This document shows, piece after piece, positions 48,231 through 60,473 of a stretch of 64,000 bases of DNA. The position numbers and the translations under genes were made by a program. Origin of the DNA: Octopus bimaculoides (Eukaryota); assembly GCF_001194135.2 (NCBI RefSeq), contig NC_068987.1, forward strand, positions 81,718,005-81,782,004, read 5' to 3'. Position 1 is the first letter of the stretch, and each line of letters starts with the position of its first letter. The notes beneath the pieces were generated by a model. It was not told where the DNA came from, ran no database searches, and saw only the letters and a program-made list of their open reading frames with translations.

Positions 48231-50524
48231 CCAGGCAAAATAAATGCAGAATCAACCTTTCCATGAATCTCCTGGCATCAGAAAATGCATTCATTTGTAA
48301 AATACCAACTCTATTCACAAATTAAAAAGATGTGCATTTACAAATTAAGCTAGTCTCTGCTACCAGAAAGAGTCAAACAATTTCCAATTTTTGTTGAATG
48401 CTAAGCAGCAATTTCATCCATCTTTGTGTTCTGAGTTCAAATCTTGCTGAGGTCAAGTTTGTTTTTCATCTCTTTGGGTCAATAGAATAAAGTAGATGTC
48501 AAGTTCTGAGATCGATGTAATTGACTTGTCCTCTCTCTTTAAAACTGCTGGACTTGAACCCTTGAACAAAGAACTGGTATCTCAATTAGGGGAAATATTG
48601 TGATCTTTGTCACTTACATGCCATTGAAACTGGGTAATGAGTCTTATGAGTTCTGGGGCTGAAGAAAAATAAAAGATAAATAAAAAAAATTTTTAAACGT
48701 GTATAGATGGTCAAGATATCTTTTTAGGATCTCCTTAGTGTACAGGTTGGATTTTACTTATTCCTGGGACCCAGTGGCTGTCAATATTTACTCCATTATA
48801 ATTCATTTAGCTTGTCTGTAAATCCTATTTGCATATCCATTATCAAGTTAATAACTTTGAGATTGCTTCAGGATTTTCTTTGATGAATGATGGTAGACAT
48901 TCATAGCCAAAGAAAAATGATTCTGCATTTTCTTGCTGAATGACTTGCATAAGTGATTTATCGATAGTGATCAAATGTATGTGTTGTACACTAGCTTTCT
49001 TCTGCCATGAAATTGATGATGCCTGAACAGGTGCACAAGTGTACCAAATATCAGATGCCAAAGTGATCACAGAGTAGCGTGAGATGAAGTGTTTTGCTCA
49101 AGAACACAATACACTACTCAGACCAGAAATCGAAAGCTTGATCTTACAATCATGATTACAACATCCTAACCCCTAGGCCACACTCCCTCAACATTGATAA
49201 ATATGGTGTTGAATATTATCACATATTAGCTCTTCCTCGCCAGTTCCTGCCTGCCTGCCGCCCTCGCCGTCGTTGCTTCCATGGCCGTGGCCGCCGCCGC
49301 CGCCGCCGTCTTCGGTACAACATGAAAAACGGACGTTAAGCAATGATGATGACACACATATTTATGATGTATCTGTGTTGTGAGTGTATAGTCTAGGTAG
49401 ATAAACAGGTAGGTTATAGGTAATCAGTTTCACTCACAAGCACTGCTCAGCTCAGGGCTACAGTAAAATACATTTATCCAAGATGCCACACAATATGATT
49501 GAACCCATGATCATGTAGTTTCAAAGTAAACAACTTGACCACACAGCCCATACCTGCACATATGCAGTATTGGATAGCAATGCCAATTTAACTTTCACAA
49601 GCTCTGTACTTTGTAACTTAACTATTCCGATGTATAATGGCTGAGATACTTATTTTTCAACTCAGTAGAGGGAAACAAATGGAATGAAATGCTTCACCAA
49701 AGAATATAACAGAACACTCAGGACAGGATTTGAACTCATAAAGAAGATTGGGGGAGTATTCTTGTCTATAGTATTTGTTTATTTTAAACAAACAAATATT
49801 GAAAATTGCTTGATTCTCTCTAGTGGCAGAGACTAGCTTGCTTTGTAAATACACATCTTTTTAATTTGTGAGTAGAGCTGGTATTTTACAAGTGAATGCA
49901 TTTTCTGATGCCAAGAGATTCATGGAAAGGTTGGTTCTGCATTTATTTTCCAGCTTTAATCCAACCAAAATTAGATGCTTCCACTTAAGACACACTACAC
50001 TGGATGCAATAGAATTACGAATCCTTCTGAATAAAATTGTGTAAACAATGTATATTCCATTCACCTATTTTTATAGACACAGGAGACATAGCTATGATAT
50101 GGTTAAGAAGTATACTGTACAGGCACATGGTTCCGAGTTCAATTAACACCTTGGGATAGTTTCTTCAATAACTCCCAAAACTGTGAGTGAAACCTAGAGA
50201 ATAGAAATTAAGCTGAAGCCTGTTATACATGTATGTATTCCTTGATAATTAGAGGGTTACCTCTGTCCCTCTATCATACTGTAATCTCTTGGTTCCACTC
50301 CCTCTCTCATCTGAGAGTTAATTATCAGGCAATATAATGTCCTAAATATTGGGCCATATAATGTCCTAAATATCAGACCATATAATGTCCTAAATATTGG
50401 GCCATAGAATTAAAAACATGAAAACAATCCGTTAGAGATTAGTCAATGAAAGAACTCCTTTTAATGATGCCAGTTCAGCTGGAGGAAATGATCTAATGTA
50501 TCATCTTTTCATTTTGTGTGAAAT

Positions 50525-51562
50525 ATTTGCTAGAACCATTGTTAGAGCCATCACCAAAGTTATTGCTAAAACAATTACTAGAGCCATTACAAGAGTCATT
50601 GCTAGAGCCATTCCTAGATCCACCACTAGTTCCAGCACCGGATTAACCATTAAGCAAAATAAGTACGTGCTTAGGGCTTCAAAGGAAGGAGGGGGGCACC
50701 ACAGAAATGGTAAATGGTTTGCAGCACACAAAAAATCACTTTAAACTTGCTAAAATAATATTCAGGATGCCTTTATCTCTACAAAGTATAGATGCAGATG
50801 TGTTACCTAAGACTAATTTTGAGGAGCTGATCAAAGACTTTGCAATTCAAAAAGGCAGGAGGAAATTTTTCAAATTTTTCATATAAAGTGGAAGTTTACA
50901 AAAATAAACATTATTTTCCCTCTTCCTGTTTTGTTTCGTTTTGAAAAGTAAAAATTTATTTTATGGTTTATTATTGTTTATATTTTGAATTCCATAATCT
51001 TATAAGTGCTTAGGGCCTCGATGGGTCTTAATCTGGCTCTGACTAGGTCCATTGCTAGAGCTATCACAGGAACCATTGCTAGAACCATCACTTGATCCAT
51101 TGCTTGAACCATTCCTAGAGTAATTGTTAGAGCCACCACAGGAACCATTGCTAGAGCCATCACTTGATCCATTGCTTGAACCATTCCTAGAGTAATTGTT
51201 AGAGTCATCACTAGAACCATTGCTAGAGCCATCATTTGATCCATTGCTGGAACCATTCCTAGAGTAATCGTTAGAGCCATCACTAGAACTATTTCTAGAG
51301 CCATCACTTGATCCATTGCTGGAACCATTCCTAGAGTTATCGTTAGAGCCATCACTAGAGCCATCACTAGAGCCATCACTTGATCCATTGCTTGAACCAT
51401 TCCTAGAGTCATCGTTAGAGCCACCGCTGGCACCATTGCTAGAGCCATTACTTGATCCATTGGTTGAATCATTCTTAGAGTCATTGTTAGAGCCACCGCT
51501 GGAACCATTACTAGAGCCATCACTAGAGATGCCACTTGAACTATTGCTAGAGCCATCGCTCA
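50525..51562. repeat. 12-bp-unit minisatellite with 72-bp higher-order repeat, split by a hAT element
   Basis: Units such as CCATTGCTAGAG and CCATCACTTGAT. At least four 72-bp higher-order units at about 51070-51360. Confidence 0.9.
50633..51041 (+). mobile_element. Non-autonomous hAT element (409 bp), 8-bp TSD
   Basis: TIR CAGCACCGGATTAA...TTAATCTGGCTCTG; TSD ACTAGTTC (50625-50632) / ACTAGGTC (51042-51049). Internal remnant LSLQSIDADVLPKTNFEELIKDFAIQKGRRK resembles the hAT C-terminal dimerisation region. Confidence 0.85.
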
Positions 51563-52504
51563 ACTACTTCACACTTAGCTTCAAGCTTATGATAAATGAC
51601 AAAATAAGCAGATGCAACCTTTCTTTTATCAAATCAACTTGTTTATTTGATCTCTCTATCTCTTCTTCTTCTTCTTCTTCTTCTTCTTCTTCTTCTTCTT
51701 CTTCTTCTTCTTCTCTCTCACTTTGTCCATCTATCTTATTCTCCCTCTTTCCCACCTCCTACATTTGTACACACATACCCATGTGCATTTGTATATATAT
51801 ATATACANNNNNNNNNNNNNNNNNNNNNNNNNNNNNNNNNNNNNNNNNNNNNNNNNNNNNNNNNNNNNNNNNNNNNNNNNNNNNNNNNNNNNNNNNNNNN
51901 NNNNNNNNNNNNNNNNNNNNNNNNNNNNNNNNNNNNNNNNNNNNNNNNNNNNNNNNNNNNNNNNNNNNNNNNNNNNNNNNNNNNNNNNNNNNNNNNNNNN
52001 NNNNNNNNNNNNNNNNNNNNNNNNNNNNNNNNNNNNNNNNNNNNNNNNNNNNNNNNNNNNNNNNNNNNNNNNNNNNNNNNNNNNNNNNNNNNNNNNNNNN
52101 NNNNNNNNNNNNNNNNNNNNNNNNNNNNNNNNNNNNNNNNNNNNNNNNNNNNNNNNNNNNNNNNNNNNNNNNNNNNNNNNNNNNNNNNNNNNNNNNNNNN
52201 NNNNNNNNNNNNNTACATATACATATATATATCAATGTATCTATGTATATATTTACACACACACTACAGTTTTTGAAGACTGAATCGGATTTTATCTATA
52301 CCACTCGCTATAACTATTCTCAGATATAAAGTAGTTTTTAAGGTTTATATTGAATTCTTCCCATATATCATATCAAATATTAGATGTCAAACAGATTTCT
52401 CTTCCCCATTCACTGTGCTTCTTTTAAGTTTTAATCTTGCTTATATCATGGTGAACTCTCTATAATGTTTCTTCCAATATAAAACTGATGAATTAGAGAA
52501 TATA

Positions 52505-53010
52505 CAAGCATAAATACACGCATAAATACATACATACATACATACATACATACGTACATACATACATACGTACATACATACATACATATACGCATAAATA
52601 CATGCATACATACATACATACATACATACACGCATAAATACATACATACATACATACATATATACATACATACATACACGCATAAATACATACATACATA
52701 CATACATACATATACGCATAAATGCATAAATACATACATACATACATACATACACGCATAAATACATGCATACATACATACATACATACATACATACACG
52801 CATAAATACATACATACACACATACATACATACATAAATACATGCATACATACATACATACATACATACATACATACACGCATAAATACATACATACATA
52901 CATACATACATACATACAAGCATAAATACATACATACACGCATAAACACATACATACATACATACATACATACATACATACATACATACATACATACATA
53001 CATACATGTA
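52505..53010. repeat. (CATA)n microsatellite with periodic CGCATAAATA interruptions
   Basis: Directly visible. Confidence 0.95.
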
Positions 53011-53626
53011 TATGTATATCCTACAGATTGTTATCTATTATGCCAAATATTTGTTAGTCATTTTTACTTACTATAAACTTCTGCTTATATATCATGCTGT
53101 ATAAATATATTCTTAAGTAGCTAAGACATTTTAGTTTTATAGATATAGTGGATATTACCATATTCAGATAACTTATTTACTTCGTTATGAGTGATAGAAG
53201 CACTCTTAGTTCAAAATAGCAACTGGTGTATTATACTTAAAGCACTTATTTACTGTTGAAAACTGGGTTTTGATTTGGTCGTGTCTAATGAGATTTTACT
53301 GTGGAGAGATACTGACAGACATGATGGAAACTTCTCATTCAGTTCTTGATTGATAAGATTGTAAAAATGTATTTTATATCCTGCACTAAATAAATAAACA
53401 ACATTTATTGTGATATTAAAACATTGATTGTGATTATTATGTAGTGTTCCATAATTGTCAATTATAGATTTGGATGCACAGTAATTGGTGTGTGAGATTT
53501 GAGAGGGAGAGAGAGAGGGAGAAGTGAGAAAGTGTGTGTATGTGTGTGAGAGAAAGAGAGAGACAGACAGATTAAAGGAAAGCTTGCGTGTGCGAAAGAG
53601 TGAAAGAGAGAGTTTGAGTGTGAGAG

Positions 53627-53669
<43 letters not shown>

Positions 53670-53979
53670 GAGAGAGAGAGTAAGAGAGTGAGATTAAGAA
53701 GAAGAGGCAGACAATGTATGAGATAGAATGAGAGATAGAAAGATATTAGATATGTTGCTGAAAGGAATTTGGGTAATTAATAGCAATCAAACATTTGAAC
53801 TAGCTGCTAAATATCTATAAATTGCATTGCTTTTTTTTTGGTTTATTTTCCATTCTTTTTTATGTGTTTTTATCAGTAAATTGCACTGAATGTCTAATGT
53901 TTTCTGTGTCTCTTTAGATTATAATGAGAGTTTAATATCTCAAAAGTTTTATATAAATTGTACTGAACTGTTCAATGTT

Positions 53980-54369
53980 ATTGTCATCGTCGTTTTCATC
54001 GTCATTGTCATCATGATTGCCACAGCTTCCACTGTCATCACTGTGGCTGCCGTTACTGCCGTTATCATCACCACCACTACCACCGCTGCCACCACCGCCG
54101 CCACCACCACCACCACCACCACCACCACCATCATCGTCATCATCTTCGCCACAACCTCTGTCACTGTTGCTGCTGCTGCTCTCATCATCATCATCAACAT
54201 CCTCATCATCATTATCATCATCATTGTCAAAGCCTCTTCATCGCCAAAGCCTATACTGCCAACACAATGGCTGTTGTTTTCATCACCACCACCACCATCA
54301 TCATTATCATCATCATCATTGTTATTATCATTGTTGTCACAAACTCTGTCATCATTGCTACAACTGCGC

Positions 54370-54409
<40 letters not shown>

Positions 54410-54410
54410 T

Positions 54411-54446
<36 letters not shown>

Positions 54447-54610
54447 GCAGCTTCTGCTGCTATCACTGCTGTTGCTGTCATCATCATGGTCATCATCAAT
54501 CGTCATCATGGTCATCAATCATCATCATCGTCGTCATCAATGGTCATCAATCTTCATCATCATCATCATCAATTGTCATCATCACTATCATCATAAGCAG
54601 CAGCAGTAGC
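53980..54610. repeat. Compound trinucleotide microsatellite (CAC/CAT/ATC/GCT)
   Basis: Directly visible. It accounts for the low-complexity ORFs at 53890-54712. Confidence 0.9.
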
Positions 54611-54789
54611 AGCAGCATTTTTATGCTCCCTTATCCTAGCTGCTATGGGTTGGACCAGCCCTTTGATGCAATACTTCATAACCCAATGCCCTTCCTTATG
54701 CCAACTCCTTGAGTTTCACATGACAGGTAGGAACTCAGTTTTCTTATTCTAAAATCTAAGTTACGCACATTATTGTGGCCATAAAATGT

Positions 54790-55190
54790 ACAGTGTGTTC
54801 TATATAATTATGCCAATAGAAACTCTTGCAGGTATTTATGTCTATATAAATTGTAATGGGTGTTTAATATAATTATGCCTACATAAATTGTGACTGGTTG
54901 TTTATGATTAATGTATCTATACAAATTATGACTAGATATTTAATGTAATTATGTCGATATTAATTGCACTGTGTTTCATGTGTATATAATTTGTACTGGG
55001 TGTTTAACATAATTACACCTTTGCAAATTATTGTGACTATTTAATGTTCTTGTGTGTAATTAAATTTTACTGTATGTATAATTTCATATGTTTATATAAA
55101 TTGCAGTGGCTATTTAATGTTTTTATGTGTATATAAATTTTACTTGGTGCTTGATTTCATTAAACCAATATAAACTGCAGTGAGTGTGTA
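54790..55190. repeat. Degenerate ~37-bp AT-rich minisatellite, about 9-10 units
   Basis: Recurring TATATAAATTGT(A/G)CTGGGTGTTTAATATAATTATG(T/C)C. Confidence 0.6.
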
Positions 55191-55944
55191 TTCCACTGAT
55201 TGTTGTCTGATGATATTAAAGATAGATAAGGGTATTAAATAGCAACTGAAATTTGTTTAGGCCAAATGAAATTAAACACCCAGATTAAATTTATATCGAC
55301 ATAAAACATTAAACGCTGCAATTAGGGGTACATGACTGTCTACCCAGCTACTTACAGGTTAATTTAATGAAGTGGTAGGTAGATCAGTTTATTCAACTAC
55401 TGAATGTTTCTTATTAAAACCAATGAAGAATCTATTGAACAATGTAAATGGTTGGTTTGGCCATTTTCATTGTTGGTCAATGGTATTTCAGACACAGTAA
55501 CTTAACCACTTCTGTTGTGCCTGGGCTGTTTTCGGAAGCAAGGATAGATACATAAATGCATATACATAGGTTTCTTTCAGTTTCCATCTGCAAAATTCAC
55601 TCACGAGGCTTTGGTTGGCCTAAGAGACACTTAACCCAGGGTGCCATGCAATGGGACTGAACCCAAGGCCACATGGTTTGGAAGCAAGCTTCTCAACCTC
55701 ACAGTCACATACATACACATACATCATTATCACCCTCATTTAATGTTCACATTTACCATGCTTACATGCATTAAACAAGATTTATTGAAGCAATCTTTCT
55801 ATGGCTAAATAAATACCCTTTCTGCCCTCAACTCTCACTTTGTTTACAAATAAGGTGTTATTTCCCTTGATTTTTTCAGATGACACACTTTGCAATGGCT
55901 GAACAGGTTTCTGCAGTAGATATAAACAATGGCACCATCTATAT

Positions 55945-56218
55945 CAGTGGTTCCCAAACATTTTCAGGCTGCTTCCTCCTTGATACCCAGGTCACATTCC
56001 TAGAAACCCCACCCCAACTAACCATCATAAACGTAAACATCTTTCTGAAGCAAATTCAAAGCAACTGTATTTAACAAATAAAACTGAATATATTGAACCC
56101 ATTATTTTGTTGTTTTTATATAAATAGTTACCCCATTATCGCCCCACTTTTCTTCAATACCCCCTTGGAATTTTCCACCACCCCAGGGGGGCAATACCGC
56201 CTGCTTTGGGAACCACTG
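55945..56218. mobile_element. hAT (Charlie-like) MITE, 274 bp, 8-bp TSD
   Basis: CAGTGGTTCCCAAA...TTTGGGAACCACTG; flanks ATCTATAT / ATCTCTAT. Confidence 0.85.
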
Positions 56219-57610
56219 ATCTCTATGATGACATTGCTTTTGCATAGCATGCAGGCACTGTCAAAGCAATGGGTAGACACACACACATGCGTGCGCATGC
56301 GCGCACATGCACACATCCATATGTAAGGTGACTCTACATTTAGAGAGATGGCTAAGGGACTATCCTCACAAGTTGCAATGTCTTACTCTAGTCTGGATGA
56401 TAGACAAAATGCACCTTGGCTGAATTTGAACTCAGAATGTAGAGACTAACGAAATGCCACTAAGCATTTTGCCTGATGCACAAAAGATTCTTCCTGCTCA
56501 CCACCTTAATTAAATATCATTAGGAATTGTATAAAAAATTGTTAAAGTTTTTTGTGCATTGTAGAAGTGTAACCAATGTATTACACATAATTTTTAACAA
56601 GATCTTGTATGGACTCCCAAAGGCCATAGGGATTCTGGTTGAGAACTACTGCTTTATAGAGTAAATGGACTGGGAGGTGGTGCAATCAAAGATGCTTGAA
56701 TCCTTATAAAGAGATACAGTTAAAAATAAGGATTTCTAACGTTGACACAAGCTATAAATTTTGAAGGAGGCTACAGTCAAAGAAATCAACTCCAGTCTCA
56801 ACTGTGACTTTATTTTATCTATCCCCTCTGGGGGGATGCAAAACAGGTTTGATCGTGGTAGGATTTGAATTCAAATTGTAAAGAGATGCCGTTAAAAACT
56901 GTCAGGCATTTTGTTTCATGATCCAATCTATTGGCTTTATGTAGTTAAAGTATTAAAAATAACAAAGTCTGTCCCTTTGATATCTCTACGTCATCTGATT
57001 GAAATAATGTCAGCTGTTACAGCTGTTATAAAGTTTGTGTCAATGGAAAACATTAGATGTAGACAGCTGGGAGTCAGAAAATGGCTGCTTCTCCTTCAAC
57101 AGTTATTTCTGCTGGTTTATATTCAGCTGTTTTCTGAAGCTAAAGAATTGGTAGAATATTGAATAGAATATTTCGAAGTATTTTTTACTGGTTTTCTAGG
57201 GTCAACCCCAACTGAAGTCAACTTTATTTTCTATTCTTTCTACTTGTACTTGAAGTAGCCATTTCCCTGCAGTGAGTTGAGCTGGCTCTGACCAATAAGT
57301 TCATTATGTTCCTCATGAATGATGACCATATCTGATGGTTGGCCCTAACAGGAATATTTCTGCTTGCTACCTATAAAGATCTGGCTTGCAAATTCGATCA
57401 ATACCTCACTGGGAGAGGAGCAAATGGATTGGGTAGCACAGATTGAATTGTCATAGTTGTCATTCACTGTTGAGGTGGAGAGTTTATGTTTCAGATACTC
57501 TTGTTCAATATTTCTCATGTCCATCTTTTCTAAGTTAAGTAAAACTTGTTGAGGTGGATTTTCTATGGTTGGAAGCTTTCCTTGTCACAAAACCTTATCT
57601 ATTTTTCAAG

Positions 57611-58005
57611 TACTCTATTACTCTTTTACTTGTTTCAGTCATTTTATTCTAGCCATGCTGGAGCACGCCTTTAGTTGAGCAAATTGACGCCGGGACTTAT
57701 TCTTTGTAAACTTAATACTTATTCTATTGGTCTCTTTAGCTGAACCACTATGTTACGGGCACATAAACACACCAGCATCGGTTGTCAAGCAACATTGGGG
57801 GGAAAACACAGACACACAAGCACATATATATACATATATACGACAGGCTTCTTTCAGTTTCCATCTACCAAATCTACTCACAAGGCTTTTGCCGACCCAA
57901 GGTTATAGTAGAAGACACTTGCCCAAGATGTCACGCAGTGGGACTGAACCCAGAACCGTGTGGTTGGTAAGCAAGCTACTTACCATACAGCCACTCCTGC
58001 ACCTA
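57611..58005 (-). mobile_element. SINE family A, full length
   Basis: Same head, core and tail as 17761-18169. Confidence 0.85.
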
Positions 58006-59250
58006 GTAATGTAATTTTTCCCACCTCTCTGGTCCTCACATGTAAAAGCACATGGCCAAGTGGTTAGGATGTCATTCTCACAATTGTTAGCATGTGATTT
58101 CAATTCTTGGACCTGAGAGTGCATTGTATTCTTGAACAAAACACTTCATGCTACCCCAGTTCACTCACTTCTAATGAATTCCAGCAATAGCTGGGAAGTT
58201 AGTCCTGCAACAGACTGGTTTCTTGGAAGGAGTTTTGTAATCTCAGTCAATCATGGGAAAAGTATCATTTGACCTGTCCTACATGCGAGGCCCTACCAGA
58301 GGCTTGCACTCTGCTGATGTATCTCTCAGCATCATTGAGATACATAAACGACCACACCACATCAAGGACTGGACCTTGCGGTGGGTCAGGTAAGATACCT
58401 TGAGATAAGTATTCTAGATCCTTGTGTTCCAAGTTCATATTTCACCTCCTTTCACTGATCTCCTCATGGAAGAGAAAAAAACGGGTCCTTTGAAATATAA
58501 ATGACATTGATAGGTCTTCAATGTCAGATGGCACAACATGTATGATTGGAATATCTCAAGTGCATTAATAAAATGAGTGGACCTGTACAAAATAAGCAAC
58601 AACAACAATAATAATAATGATGATGATAATTTCAGCTGCACCATAAGTTGCTTCAGGTGTTATAATATTCTTGTTGATGTTTATCTCTAGATCTAGATCA
58701 GTCCTGATTATACAGATCTGTTATATCACAGGTGTTCAAGCTGTGAACATGCTGTGTGCATTCAGGGATATATGATGTTGTTCTTTTATTTTTTAAGATG
58801 TTTTCGTGGTGTGAATTAAGTAGGTTGAGTGACAGTGTTGAAGCAGTTCCCACATTGGTTTGTATTATTGTGTATATGGAGCCCCCGACCCACACACAAA
58901 AATAATAAAAATAAAAAATAAAAGCAGATAGTCAAGAAAATGACACAAAAAAAAATTGAAAAATTATTACCCAGAGATATGTTTCACCGTGGAGCCATAA
59001 ATATTTTCCAATTTTAGAAGAAATGAGATTTTCAGATATGCCATTTTATTTAATCCGGAAGCTATCATGAAATCAATATTTTTGGGATCATGTATGCCAA
59101 ATGAATGTAGTGATTAGGGGAAGAGAATAGGCAGAAAACACGAGAGGAATTAACTGAAACTTACTCTTGTAGGGAGTCTGTATTGAGAGAGCTTGAGAAC
59201 AGCTATGAATGCAAGTCCTAACCAAAGAAAGCAGGGTTTTTTTGAAAATT

Positions 59251-59465
59251 TTATTCTTTTATTCTTTTTCAGTCATTTGACAGTGGCTATGCTAGGGCAC
59301 CACTTTTAGTCGAGCAAATAGACCCCCAGGACTTATTCTTTGTAAGCCTAGTACTTATTCTATCGGTTTCTTTTTGCCGAACCACTGAGTTACAGGGACA
59401 TAAACATACCAGCATCGGTTGTCAAGTGATGTTGGAGGGGGACAAACGCAGGCACACAAACGTAT

Positions 59466-59510
<45 letters not shown>

Positions 59511-59670
59511 ACAGGTTTCTTTCAGTTTCTGTCTACCAAATCTACTCACAAGGGTTTGGTCGGCCAAAGGCTATGGTAGAAGGCACTTGCCCAAGGTGCC
59601 TTGCAGTGGGGCTGAACCCAGAAGCATGTGGCTAGTAAGCAAGCTACTTACCACACAGCCACTCCTGCGC
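59251..59670 (-). mobile_element. SINE family A, full length
   Basis: Same head, core and tail as 17761-18169. Confidence 0.85.
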
Positions 59671-60378
59671 TGTATGTATATATTTTTTTAAAAAGTAGAT
59701 AGTGAACAAGATGAAGTGAAAGAAAATGTAAATAGGGATAGACAAGGCTGTATAGTTAAGAAGCTCACTTTGCATTTATATCGTCTGCGGTTCAATCCCA
59801 CTGCACAGCAGCTTGAGTGCCTGTCATTTACTTTAGCCTCAGGTTGACCAATGCCCTTTCGGTGAATTTTGTAAAGAGAAACTGTGTGGAATCCTGTTGT
59901 GTGTATATATGTATATGTATGTGTGTGTGTGTTTATTTCTTACCATGGCCTGTTGACTAGTGTTAGTTTGTTTACACCCCCATAATTTAACAGTTTGACA
60001 AAAGAAGTTAATTGGATTGTACCACATTTATAAATAAGCACTGAGGTCGATTTGTGTAACTAAACTCTTCTAGGCAGTGCCCCAGCATGGCCACAATCCA
60101 ATGACTAAAATAACTAAAAACAGATAAAGATATTTAGTTTTACATTTGTTTTTTTTTTTTATTTACATGTTTGTTTTTTTAAGATGAAGAACAACTTACC
60201 CTACTTCCTTTGCAGCAAAAACAAAAAAAAGCCTAAAATTATTATCATTTCACTGAAAAGAGATATCTTACTTCTTAAATTAGACTTCACTAAGCTCGTT
60301 ATCTTTAATCACACCCAAACTCTGTTAATCTATCCTTCTTTTAGTCATGAAGGATAAGGAAATGGCCATTCTCCTTAC

Positions 60379-60473
60379 TTCACTCTTCTTGCTGTTAACT
60401 TATCAAACAGTTCCCCTACAGTTCTCACTATCTTTAACATTTGGTGCACACAGCTATTCAGTTCCAGAACCTT
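60379..60473 (-). CDS. Candidate internal exon (95 bp, phase 0 to 2)
   Basis: ttttAG|AAG GTT...GTG AA|GTaagg. Only one frame is open: KVLELNSCVHQMLKIVRTVGELFDKLTARRV. The polypyrimidine tract is weak. Confidence 0.25.

Noticed and set aside
7383-52329. Long ORFs of 130-340 aa containing X runs
   Set aside because: They are artefacts of translating through N gaps.
52441-54712. ORFs such as MYVCMYVC..., poly-H/poly-D/poly-I and HTHT/CVCV types throughout the window
   Set aside because: They are translations of di-, tri- and tetranucleotide microsatellites with no coding evidence.
55880-55910. Strong acceptor ttttttcAG followed by ATG (ORF 55880-56074)
   Set aside because: It lies in a degenerate dispersed repeat (similar to 23490-23620) and runs into a hAT MITE.
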